The notes beneath the pieces are model-generated. The model did no database searches. It saw only the letters and a program-made list of their open reading frames with translations, and had not been told where the DNA came from. Shown here piece by piece: positions 1-9,602 of a DNA stretch of 64,000 nt (the stretch's first letter is position 1; each line of letters begins with the position of its first letter). Origin of the DNA: Candidatus Brockarchaeota archaeon (GTDB taxonomy: Archaea > Thermoproteota > EX4484-205 > JAAOZP01). The stretch is from positions 379 through 64,378 of the forward strand of contig JAFNIT010000004.1 of the NCBI GenBank assembly GCA_017601345.1, given 5' to 3'. A program made the translations under genes and the position numbers.

Positions 1-1474
1 GGAAGCCTTTCTCCTCAACAGCCTTCAAGCCAGCCTCCCCATGAACATAGGCTGCTGCAGCGGCTGAGGTAAACCCGCTGTTACCCCAGGCTAGGAAGGT
101 TGCGATGATGCCTGATAGCACGTCTCCGGTGCCGCCGACCGCTAAACCGGGTGTAGCATGCTTGTTCACCTTAAGCCTTGAACCGTTTGTAATAATTGTT
201 TCAAAACCCTTCAGTAAGATAGTGAATTCGTATTTCCTAGAGAGTTCTATTAATGTTTGAAGATTTTCAAACCATTTTTCTCTAAGCTCCTTCCCGAATA
301 CGTATTTGAATTCTCCATGGTGTGGAGTTGCGACAACTCCCTTAAGCAGTTCTGGTGATGATTTGAGTGATTTAAAACCATCTGCATCGACTACTGTGGG
401 CAACGATTTACTCCTAGCTTCTTTAATTAGGCTCTTAACTGCTTCGACAGTTTCCTCGCGGAGACCTAGGCCAGGGCCTATCACTAATGAATTAACATTC
501 TCCATAGGTTCTGAAAGCAAATCCAACGCTTTATTAGTAAGGTACCTACCGGGAAGCTCGTATACAACGAGATCAGGAGACATCGCTCTAATCGAACTTG
601 CCACGGACTCCGGCGCCGCTACAATAGATAAGCCGGCTCCAACTCTGAGCGCCGATAATGCTGCCAATGCAGGGGCACCCGAGAATTTTTCACTACCCCC
701 CACCACCAGAATGTAACCGTAATCTCCCTTGTGAGAGTACTTTTTCCTGCTCTTAACAACCTTCCTAACATCTCCTGGACCCGTGTATAATTCAGCTTCT
801 AGAGGGATACCTATGTCAGCTACTGCGACTTCGCCAGCATATCGATACTTCTGCAGGAAATCTTTGGTTTTATGAAATGTTATTGTGTATGATGCTTTAA
901 CGATTAGGTTCTCTCCAGTGCTCTCTGGACCAAGCCCAGTTGGAACATCGACTGCAAAGATAGTCTTATTAGAGGAATTTAATTCCCTCACAATTGAGGC
1001 GAATGGCTCTTTCAAAACTCCTCTAAAGCCTGTACCCAGCATCGAGTCGACTACGCAGTCGCATTCCTCAAGTAGCTTCTTGATAATCCCCGTTTCTGAC
1101 GAATCGTTAACCGTAATCTTTTCCACATCATCCATGTGTAAAAGCAGATTCCAATTGGCTCTAGCTTCTACGCTTCTAATATCCTGTGGCCTGCCTACGA
1201 GAACAATTGTAACGTGAGCACCCATATTTCTCAAATGTCTAGCTACTACGAAACCGTCTCCACCATTATTACCGGTGCCGCATAAGATCAGGAATCTCTT
1301 TCCCTTAACATTCGTTTTTAAAGCTATGAATCTCGCCGTTTCTGAGCCGGCGTTCTCCATCATGCATATTCTTGAGAAGCCTAGGGATTCAGCATTCTCT
1401 TCTATAGCGGCCATATCAGCACTCGTTACGGCTTCAGGAAGCAACGGCATTATGACGCTAATCCATTTTTCCAT
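1..1474 (-). CDS. nnr: Bifunctional NAD(P)H-hydrate repair enzyme Nnr (YjeF_N epimerase + ADP-dependent dehydratase); 3' end runs off the window
   Basis: Own reverse-strand translation from ATG (1474-1472): MEKWISVIMPLLPEAVTSADMAAIEEN...LILCGTGNNGGDGFV...GGTGDVLSGIIATFLAWG. Absent from the ORF track because it is open to the window edge. The + strand ORFs here are Ser/Leu-rich antisense. Confidence 0.8.
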   Translation of the reverse strand, partial: MEKWISVIMPLLPEAVTSADMAAIEENAESLGFSRICMMENAGSETARFIALKTNVKGKRFLILCGTGNNGGDGFVVARHLRNMGAHVTIVLVGRPQDIRSVEARANWNLLLHMDDVEKITVNDSSETGIIKKLLEECDCVVDSMLGTGFRGVLKEPFASIVRELNSSNKTIFAVDVPTGLGPESTGENLIVKASYTITFHKTKDFLQKYRYAGEVAVADIGIPLEAELYTGPGDVRKVVKSRKKYSHKGDYGYILVVGGSEKFSGAPALAALSALRVGAGLSIVAAPESVASSIRAMSPDLVVYELPGRYLTNKALDLLSEPMENVNSLVIGPGLGLREETVEAVKSLIKEARSKSLPTVVDADGFKSLKSSPELLKGVVATPHHGEFKYVFGKELREKWFENLQTLIELSRKYEFTILLKGFETIITNGSRLKVNKHATPGLAVGGTGDVLSGIIATFLAWGNSGFTSAAAAAYVHGEAGLKAVEEKGF

Positions 1475-1541
1475 TGTAGTAATTATTTTGGAAGCGGCTT
1501 TTAAGAATTATTAAACACCTTCGAAATCCGAGAAGGGTAGA

Positions 1542-2177
1542 TTGGGACGAAGCGGCTTGCTGAAAAGCCTTAGAAAAATCATCCATAACAAAGAAGTTAA
1601 TGAAACAGTTTTAAAGAGGATTAAGGATTTTGAGGAAATAGGGAAAAGCAGGGAGAAAGTGTTTAGTGAGCTTTGTTTTTGTATACTTACTGCCAATTAC
1701 TCTGCTGAAGGAGGGTGGAAGATACAAGAAGAGTGCGGTGAGGAATTCTTTAAGCTCGACGAGCATCAACTTGCTGAGAGACTTAGGAAGCTTGGATACA
1801 GGTATCCCAATAGTAGGGCAAGATACATAGTTAAGGCGAGAAGTATCTATGAAGACATTTGGAGAACCCTTAAGAGCGGAAGGGATCCTTCAGAAATCAG
1901 AAGATGGATTGCCGAAAACGTGCCTGGATTAGGCTTTAAAGAAGCCAGCCATTTTCTGAGGAATACAGGTTTTAAAAATCTTGCGATAGTAGATAAACAT
2001 GTTTTGAGAGTTCTATATAGATATGGTTTGATGAGAACAATACCGCAAAGACTCTCAAAAACTCTGTATCTGAAGATAGAGAAGACTCTTCTCAAAGTGG
2101 CTGGTGAATTAGGGATATCTCCGGCGGAACTAGACCTCTATCTCTGGTATATGGATACTGGGAAGATACTAAAGTAG
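1542..2177 (+). CDS. ogg: N-glycosylase/DNA lyase, Ogg2-type 8-oxoguanine DNA glycosylase (HhH-GPD fold)
   Basis: 211 aa; GLGFKEASHFLRNTG (HhH with catalytic Lys) followed by IVDKHV (Asp), as in archaeal Ogg. TTG start. Confidence 0.75.
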   Translation: MGRSGLLKSLRKIIHNKEVNETVLKRIKDFEEIGKSREKVFSELCFCILTANYSAEGGWKIQEECGEEFFKLDEHQLAERLRKLGYRYPNSRARYIVKARSIYEDIWRTLKSGRDPSEIRRWIAENVPGLGFKEASHFLRNTGFKNLAIVDKHVLRVLYRYGLMRTIPQRLSKTLYLKIEKTLLKVAGELGISPAELDLYLWYMDTGKILK

Positions 2178-2182
2178 CGCTT

Positions 2183-3166
2183 TCAAATTATTTCGAGCGG
2201 GATTTTAACGATTCTACCAGTCTTAGCTGACTGATAGGCTGCTAATGCTACTTCAAGAGCTTGCCTTCCACCCATACCCGTGGCTACTGGCTCCTCATCC
2301 TTCTCGATTACTTCTATAAAGCTCTCGATCATCCTCCTATCAGCATCAGCACCGTAATAAGAATAGTATAGTGGGGAACCTGATCTTACAACTGAACGTT
2401 TGATCTAAAAGCATCTATTACCATATAGCCATTCTCACAGAAAATACTCATGTAAACATCGCCCAAAGTCGGGTAGGTGTCAGGCCTAGACCAACTGCAG
2501 TCTATGCTCGCATTAACACCTCTCCTAGTCTTCACCATTATTAGTGCAGCATCCTCAACTCTGAGTTCAGGCCTAATGTTACGTGCAATCCTAGCGTAGA
2601 CGCTTGAATACTTGTCTCCGGTGTACCACCTGATTAAGTCGGCAACGTGAACAGTATGGTCCATTATGCATCATCCACCAGCTAACTCTGGGTCTCCAAA
2701 CCAGAGGTCAGGGCTTACCATGATTGGTTGAAGTTATGGCTAATATTTCCCCAAGAGCTTTAGACTCAAGGATCCCTCTGGCTTTAACAGTAGTATCGTG
2801 ATACCTCATTACGAAAGCTGTTTGAAGCTTAACACCTTTTCTTCTAGCTCTGGAAATAGCGTCGTCAGCATCCTCCAATCGTATTGTTATCGGCTTCCCC
2901 ACGAGAACATGCTTACCCGCTTCTATACATGCAACCATAAGCTCGTAATGCTTAGAGTTTTCCGATGAAATTATTACAGCATCTTCTAAAAGAGTCATGT
3001 AATCATCATAAAGCTTCCTAACGTTGTAGGCGTCCCCAGCCTTGATCAAGCTTTCCCTAGAATTGTCGTATATCGCTTCTAGACTTACGTTAGGGAGTTT
3101 CTTCAAAACCGCAGCATAACTCCAAGCATGAATATGTGCAAACGAAAACATGGCAAACCTGATCAT
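2183..3166 (-). pseudogene. Gfo/Idh/MocA-family oxidoreductase, disrupted (at least 2 frameshifts and 1 in-frame TGA)
   Basis: N-terminal Rossmann part is ORF 2708-3166 and the C-domain is ORF 2386-2664. The tail YYGADADRRMIESFIEVIEKDEEPVATGMGGRQALEVALAAYQSAKTGRIVKIPLEII* lies in a third frame down to 2183. PDLWFGDPELAGG-TGA-CIMDHTVH shows a stop where Gly is expected. Confidence 0.7.
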
Positions 3167-4140
3167 TTACAACACTTCCTCCTCCAACGGTAGCTTGACA
3201 GGCTTACCTGTAAAAATCGATTTCAAACCTTCTTCTCCAGGTACAGGAGGCGGCTCGTTTCTAAGGATCGAGTTGACAAAACACCTGATCTCCAAGTAAT
3301 AACCGTCTTTGAATAGAGGAGTTAATTCCTCCCTTAATCCGCCAGGCCTGTATATCGAAAGGGTCGCTGTCGACTTATTGTCAACGCTAAGCATTCCATG
3401 TGTTCCTGAAACCTCGATAAATGATGTAAGCGGAAACCCATCCGGCATTATCCAGCTTCCTTCAACGTAGCCAAGTGCTCCGTTCTTGAACTTAAGTAGT
3501 GCCTGAACATAGTCAGGCGAAGAAGCGTTCTTATTAAGGTAGCTTCCACCTTGAGCATAAACTTCCTCAACCTCTCCGATGCACCAATTCAAGAAATCAA
3601 CATCATGAATACTAAGGTCAATAAAAACTCCTCCACTCTTATGAACGTCATAATGCCACGAGTCTGGAGTCCATGAAGGAAAAGCAGACTGCCTGCATGC
3701 TCTTTCTAAAACAGGTTCTCCGATTTCTCCTCGTAGAATAAGTTCCTTAGAAGCAAGGTATTCCCCCCAGAATCTTAGCACGTGTGCCACCATAAGTTTT
3801 AAATCGTTTTTCTCAGCCTTTCTCACAATCTGAGAGTCTTAAAGCCATAGGCTTCTCCAAGAGAACGTGTTTCCAGCGTCAAGTGCTTGTAATGCAAAAT
3901 CTCTATGGGTATAGGTGGGCGTACAGATATCAACTATGGAAACATCCTTATCTTGGATTGCTTCAACCGGATTCTTTGAAGCCTTTCTGAAACCATATTT
4001 CTCTTTGAAAAACATCAGCTTCTCCCCGCTTCTGCTGAAACAAGTTACGAGCTCTACCTCAGGGATACGGATCCACCTTTCAGCATGAACATCCCCTATG
4101 AAGCCACATCCTAAAACACATACTCCGAGTTTTCAGTCAT
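3167..4140 (-). pseudogene. Second, tandem Gfo/Idh/MocA-family oxidoreductase, disrupted (frameshifts in the N-terminal third)
   Basis: ATG at 4140 gives MTE, then the frame is lost in an A-run. KLGVCVLGCGFIGDVHAERW...ICTPTYTHRDFALQALDAG lies in another frame, HVLLEKPMALR in a third, and it then returns to ORF 3167-3826 (C-domain). Confidence 0.7.
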
Positions 4141-4189
4141 GCAATTTAATAATAAAAAGGCGCTTAAAATTCCTTTTTTACCAAGAGCT

Positions 4190-5422
4190 CTAAACTAGCT
4201 CCACTATGTATTCCCGCCCGCGTTTAATCTTCCTTATCAAACCCTTCTTCTGAAGCTCGTTCAAAACCATTGAAGTCTTAGATTTTGAGAAACCTGTAGC
4301 CTCCTTGATCTGCTTCTGGGCCAGCTTGCCTCCTGAGTTTCTGAGGATTCTCAATATCAGCTCTTCGTCTGAAACCATGTATTCCTCGGGTGGCGGCGGT
4401 AATCCTCTCCTGCGACGGTACAGAAGCAGCAGGGTAGAGACTATTATAAGAAGAACGACTACTACTAATAGCAAGGTTGTTATTGGTGGAAGCTTAAGGC
4501 CTTCGGTCTCACCAGATTTTTCGTAAACCGAGAATTCTAGTGGTTGCGAGAACCCGCTGATCTTGTATTTAGAATCAGGCGGTAAGCGCACTGAAACACT
4601 CCACAACCCAGTGATGTTTGGAGTATAGTTGTCTGAGAAATAACCATTCTCTCCAATAGCCACCTCTCTGACTGTTTCTAAGCCATTAGGATTCCTGTAA
4701 ACGATTTGAATAATTAAGTCAGGCACAGGTGGGCTAACCTTTCCATGAATGCTTATGGAAAGACCTTTTTCAACTCTATCGGTGCTTGGCAGAAATTCTT
4801 CGATGGTTAAAACCCTACTTTGGAAAACTAGCTTAGGCTCACCGTCAGAGAAATCGAATTTACCGAACCAAATTTTTTTCGAAGCTTCTTCTCTTGAAGG
4901 AGTTGGGCTTATCAACTTCAGAAAATAATCGTCAACCAGTTCGGAATAATCTATTTCAAGCATCTCGTCTGGAAAAAGATAGAAGCCTCCTTCGAAAACG
5001 TCTCCGATTTCAATCGTGTTAGCTGTCTTAATACCAAAGTTAATCCAAGTGAATCTGTATTCGATAACTCCAAGCTGTTTTAATACCCCTTTTATATCAA
5101 TTTCTAGGCTGAAATCCTCAGCCCGCATTAACCTACCCGTTGTAGAAGATGCTTTGTCAACCATACTGTCTATAGTTGATTTAAAGCTTGAAAGCATATA
5201 TTCCCTGTTAGCACTCTCCATAAACTCTTGGAAATCTGCCTTCTCCTCTTCCGAAGACAATGGTGTTAAAAGCTCTACTATCCACGTTGCTGAAGAATCC
5301 TTATGTAGGATTATCCTGTAATTTGTTTGAAACTCGAATTCTCCATTAACTGGCAGTGATTGCTGTAAAATAAGCATTGCTAAGAATATTGGAATAACTA
5401 ATACGATGGTTTTGCGCAACAT
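4190..5422 (-). CDS. Membrane-anchored winged-helix (MarR/TrmB-like) protein with a large extracytoplasmic domain
   Basis: 410 aa. N-terminal signal/anchor, about 300 aa ectodomain, TM LLLVVVVLLIIVSTLLLLY followed by RRRRG. C-terminal wHTH: ILRILRNSGGKLAQKQIKEATGFSKSKTSMVLNELQKKGLIRKIKRGREYIVELV. Confidence 0.6.
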   Translation of the reverse strand: MLRKTIVLVIPIFLAMLILQQSLPVNGEFEFQTNYRIILHKDSSATWIVELLTPLSSEEEKADFQEFMESANREYMLSSFKSTIDSMVDKASSTTGRLMRAEDFSLEIDIKGVLKQLGVIEYRFTWINFGIKTANTIEIGDVFEGGFYLFPDEMLEIDYSELVDDYFLKLISPTPSREEASKKIWFGKFDFSDGEPKLVFQSRVLTIEEFLPSTDRVEKGLSISIHGKVSPPVPDLIIQIVYRNPNGLETVREVAIGENGYFSDNYTPNITGLWSVSVRLPPDSKYKISGFSQPLEFSVYEKSGETEGLKLPPITTLLLVVVVLLIIVSTLLLLYRRRRGLPPPPEEYMVSDEELILRILRNSGGKLAQKQIKEATGFSKSKTSMVLNELQKKGLIRKIKRGREYIVELV

Positions 5423-5463
5423 TTGAGTTAAAAAAAGAATTCGGAGAAATATAAATCTAGGGG

Positions 5464-6177
5464 TTACTTTTTCCCCTTGCCCCTGCCCTGACCCTTATTC
5501 TGAACCTGCTCCCTAACTCTTTCCCTTACCTCTTCCTTTATCCTCTCGTGAAGCTGCCTCATCTCTTGCTGGAATCTGTGGTTTTCCTCAACGATCTGCC
5601 TTGCAAATCGTTTGTTCTCCTCAGAAATGTTTGCCTGTAACGCCTTCAAGGCTTCTTTACTAGTTTCCTTAGAAAGGCTTAAACGGGTTCTTATTTCAAG
5701 CCTTATTCTGTTCATCTCCATTATGAATTCCTCGCGCGTAATATTGCCCTGCCTTAACATTTCCCTTAACCTTTCCATTTCCCTTTTTCTCTCTTCTATG
5801 CAGAGCCTTGTCTCGCTTCTAGTCTGATTTAACAATCTGAGCCTCTCATACCAAGTGTTTTCTAACATTATTCTTCTCTGAAGCCTAATTCTCAGTAGGT
5901 TTTCCCTATGCGTTTGAGTAATGTTCCTGATTAGTAATGACATATTCTTACCTAAGCAAGACGGTAGTGTTTCATTATCCAACGATATTGTAAAATCGTC
6001 TGTTGGAATCGTAAGATTATCATCGTATTCATTCTCTGTATAGTTCCCATTGTTGGATTCGCCGTTTCCTAAAACTCGTGGAGCAAACGATAGAATTATT
6101 ACAGTTGCAATAAGCATTGCTGTAACCATGAGCAGTATTTTCAAAGCATCCTTTTCACCAGTATTGCAACCATACAT
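5464..6177 (-). CDS. Hypothetical membrane-anchored coiled-coil protein (Arg/Glu-rich)
   Basis: The ORF is open to 6273, but Met33 (6177) is preceded by a GAGGTGG-like RBS and followed by a TM (ILLMVTAMLIATVIILSF). The rest is heptad-like and charged. No family recognised. Confidence 0.45.
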   Translation of the reverse strand: MYGCNTGEKDALKILLMVTAMLIATVIILSFAPRVLGNGESNNGNYTENEYDDNLTIPTDDFTISLDNETLPSCLGKNMSLLIRNITQTHRENLLRIRLQRRIMLENTWYERLRLLNQTRSETRLCIEERKREMERLREMLRQGNITREEFIMEMNRIRLEIRTRLSLSKETSKEALKALQANISEENKRFARQIVEENHRFQQEMRQLHERIKEEVRERVREQVQNKGQGRGKGKK

Positions 6178-6320
6178 CCTTAAACCACCTCTTGAAAAAG
6201 AGGTTTTAATTTTGTTGCTAATAAATGTTTTCAGCACCATTTTTGTTTTAAAAAGTTCAAAAAAAGCCAACACGTATTTTAAAAATTAAAAAACGTTCAT
6301 CTTTCTAAATAAAGACGATT

Positions 6321-8425
6321 TTACTCCATTCCTAAAAATACATCTAAACTATTAATAGCCCCAGTCCGATTAAAGATGGCGGAGCTCATTTCAGCATCAA
6401 GGTCAAGACTATCAATTATTCTCCGAGAACCATCAGAGTTAGTGACTTCAATTCTTGCATGGTCGAAACGATGTATTATAACAGGCACCTGGCATACTGT
6501 AAAAACCAGCATATCTTTATCGAGCTCTATGATCTGTTGCTGCCCTTCGACATCGTAGTATAAGAATCTTCTTGGGCTCTTCAAGAATTCTGAAGGGTTT
6601 ATCAGGTGTGTTCTGAATTTTAAACACCCGTCTTCAACAATTACACCCGTCTCACCTAGTCTTGAAATAATATCTTCCTTAACCTGTCCCGTCATGCCAG
6701 GTTGTTGTGCTCCAGTAAAGCTTGGCGTGTGAGAATAAGGATCTGTGGGAAATGCCCCGTACTGGCTGGGCGGCTTGTGTACACCGATGCCTTTACGAAT
6801 TTCGTAATAATGCGTTTTCAAGCGGTTTAAAAGGGCCTTATCCTGATTCATGCTTGCAGCCTTACTCAAAACCTCTTGAACTGCTACTAGTAGTTTCGAC
6901 ACCATGTGCTAGTAGATGCATCCAAGTCCCTCATACTTGAAGAAAGACCCGGAGCGGCCTGTAAAAGACTGGTGGTCGAATATTTTTTTCATAGATTTCT
7001 AGAATAAGCTCAGCCTCTTCCTCCACCAGTTTGCGATATTCTTCTTCATTCTTTAGGGCTTCAAGCGCCCCTTTAAGCACGTCGCTGTTTCGAAAAGCCG
7101 CATTAAAATGTATCCCGCCGTTTACATCACGGACTATGATGCGTTTATCACCGCGTTTTAAAAGTTCGGTTAGAAGCCTCGATTTCTCGACTTCGCTCTG
7201 GGGAATATTATTCTTCTCCAGAAATCGGGGTAGCTTACGGTCTGGGTAAAGCATGTAGCTATTTTGATCAGCACGGTACAACTTGCCTTCCCTTAATGAG
7301 CCGAGTAGCGTGGCAGCTTCTTCGGAAGATAATACTCCAGAGCTTAATACTGCTACCTGGCCTTCTAACATCTCGTATAGGCGGCGAATCCCAATTTCAT
7401 CATTACTTATCGTAATCAGGTTATACGAATGATACAGGCCATCGTCACGCTTATTGGCTCTGATCGAATGATCAATATGTTGGAGAGCCAAATCGCAGAA
7501 TGATTGGAGTTCCTCGATGGATAGTGTTGTTTGAGCGCCTGAAAAGCCTTCCGTATAAATCCTACTCCTGTAACGACTCCCAGCTTTACCGAGGTCGTCT
7601 AAAACCCTTTTACGATCCTTATCAGATATAGGCTTGCCCAGCAGGTTTAAGTGTCGCTTCAATGCATCATAAATGTCTCGGAAAAACTCTCCAACTTCGA
7701 AAGAAATGCTGATTTCACGCTCCTCAATTTCTCTAAAGAGATTTTTTACAAAAAGCAAGGAAACGTCGCAAGTAGCATAGCGTTACTACGGACACGCCGT
7801 AACCAACTAGTGCATTGTTTGCATCATTCCACTCGGGTCTCTGCGTATTCATCCAGATTCCTGCTTCGGGAACATAGTTTGACAATTTGGCGAGCAATAT
7901 AACTAGCAGTTTCTCAATAAGATTTACATGGTATATTTCACCGTTCTCATCTTGGACAAGTTTACCATCCGTACCAATCATTGATACTTTTTTCTGAATT
8001 TCCTGGTTGAGGGTAAAGTCGAATTCAATAGTTTTCCGAGGGTCATTCAGCATATCTTCATACGGCTTAATTCGGTAGGGAATGTTTGCGTATGCGAATA
8101 GTCTTCGCGTAGATAGTTTTGCAATAAAACCTGGATGGTAGCGTTCTGATGCTTCTAATAGTCTTAGAAGGTAAATCACTTGGTGATCACCCCAATAGCC
8201 TACGTATGACCATGGGTCGCGTGGATCAGGAACTTCCCATTCAAACCCCTCTCTTGTAACGCGGTATGGATTATACCCGTCTGGCGTAATGGCATCAACA
8301 AACTTGAATATCATGTTTTCAACATACTCGGAGAGAGAAAGTGCTAGTGCTTCCCAATTCTGGAAGATATCCCGCCAATTTCCCTGATAGTTTAATAAGA
8401 TTATACTTCTGAAGTCAACTCAGAT
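6321..8425 (-). pseudogene. Decayed, 5'-truncated remnant of a large conserved hypothetical gene
   Basis: Three collinear ORF pieces (7733-8314, 6931-7758, 6321-6905) plus an upstream open stretch LLNYQGNWRDIFQNWEAL. One frameshift lies at about 7745. An A7-run shift plus TAG in GLGCIY-TAG-HMVSKL (Trp expected) lie at about 6905-6950. No N-terminal part is present. Confidence 0.6.
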
Positions 8426-8490
8426 TAAGCCGGGTAACCTGCTATAGGTGGAAAACTGTGTTTAGATTTATGTTTCTTTGAAAACCTAAA

Positions 8491-9465
8491 TTATGCTTGC
8501 GAAGTCTTGTAGAGTTCAAGAAGATTCCTAACTCTCTTCTTAACGTTAGGGTGAGTGCTTAAAACCTCTACAATGCTCTCCGACACAGATATTTCTCCGT
8601 AAGCAAATTCTTCAAGAGAACGAACATCATATGCTCTTCCGAATCCTATTTCAGCCCCTACCTCAGGGTCTGCAATAAGAAGCGCCTTAAACGAAGCATA
8701 TCCAGCCATCGAGACCTTAGCCCTCTCCGGCACCCTGGCGTTTATATCCGATATTTTTACTAGGGCGCTTGCAAGGCTTAACGGCCCTCCTTCCGAAACT
8801 GTGGAACCATGGTAGTCAGCATAGTACTCCCTACTCCTGCTGAAACTGAGGATGAGGAGAGTCAGCAAATAGTACACTGCCATACCTAGCATGCCTACGA
8901 GGAGTAAAAGCCCCCCGTCACCCCTGTCTCTGCTTGAGCGTGAGGAATAAAAGCCCGAGTAATAGAGCGAGTACGCTATCCAGTAGACTATAGCAGGAAG
9001 AACTGAAAGAAACATCATTATTTGAACATCCTTATGCCTGAGGTGGCCGAGCTCATGGCCTATGACTGCCTCAACCTCAGACTCGTTCAAACTTTTTAGC
9101 AAGCCCCTGGTTACCGCCACCCTTGACCCTGTCAGAGGACTGCCGTACGCGAAAGCGTTTGGCAGAGGGATGTCTGAAACCATTATCTTAGGAGCCTTTT
9201 TTAAACCACTCTTCTCAGCAAGCCTTACTACGCTCTGCTCAAGCCATGGAAGCTCACCCTCGTTCAGAGGTCTGACGCGGTAGATATAGTCTATCAAGTA
9301 CGGCCCGATCAGCCACTGGATGAGGTTCCATAACACTACTATGGGTAATAGCATCAGCAATGGGACTCCAACAAAAGATAGAATAAGCGCTAGAAACCCT
9401 GTAGTCACTGCAATAACCAGCATCATCGTAGCTATCATGTTAAGCCTCAGCTTCCACAGATTCAT
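8491..9465 (-). CDS. htpX: HtpX-like M48 zinc metalloprotease
   Basis: 324 aa, multi-TM, HELGHLRH (HExxH) motif. Confidence 0.85.
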   Translation of the reverse strand: MNLWKLRLNMIATMMLVIAVTTGFLALILSFVGVPLLMLLPIVVLWNLIQWLIGPYLIDYIYRVRPLNEGELPWLEQSVVRLAEKSGLKKAPKIMVSDIPLPNAFAYGSPLTGSRVAVTRGLLKSLNESEVEAVIGHELGHLRHKDVQIMMFLSVLPAIVYWIAYSLYYSGFYSSRSSRDRGDGGLLLLVGMLGMAVYYLLTLLILSFSRSREYYADYHGSTVSEGGPLSLASALVKISDINARVPERAKVSMAGYASFKALLIADPEVGAEIGFGRAYDVRSLEEFAYGEISVSESIVEVLSTHPNVKKRVRNLLELYKTSQA

Positions 9466-9602
9466 TCTAAGTCACCTCCTTCATCACTGCTTCTTAAAAA
9501 CTCAGATATAAAGTTTATTTAAGCAAAATATAACGAGTGGGCTATTCTAAGAACGTGTTATCCCCAGCAAACTTATTAATTTGCAGTAGGATTGCCTGTA
9601 GC

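Noticed and set aside
306-1514. Three + strand track ORFs (306-716, 885-1217, 1275-1514)
   Set aside because: They are Ser/Leu/Thr-rich, low-complexity antisense translations. The minus strand gives a continuous, motif-bearing Nnr (YjeF) protein across the whole interval.
2183-4140. Frame breaks in the Gfo/Idh/MocA genes as further BHB introns or programmed frameshifts
   Set aside because: The breaks are 1-nt homopolymer indels plus a nonsense codon. There is no excisable insert, no BHB-forming flanks and no slippery-site/pseudoknot arrangement.
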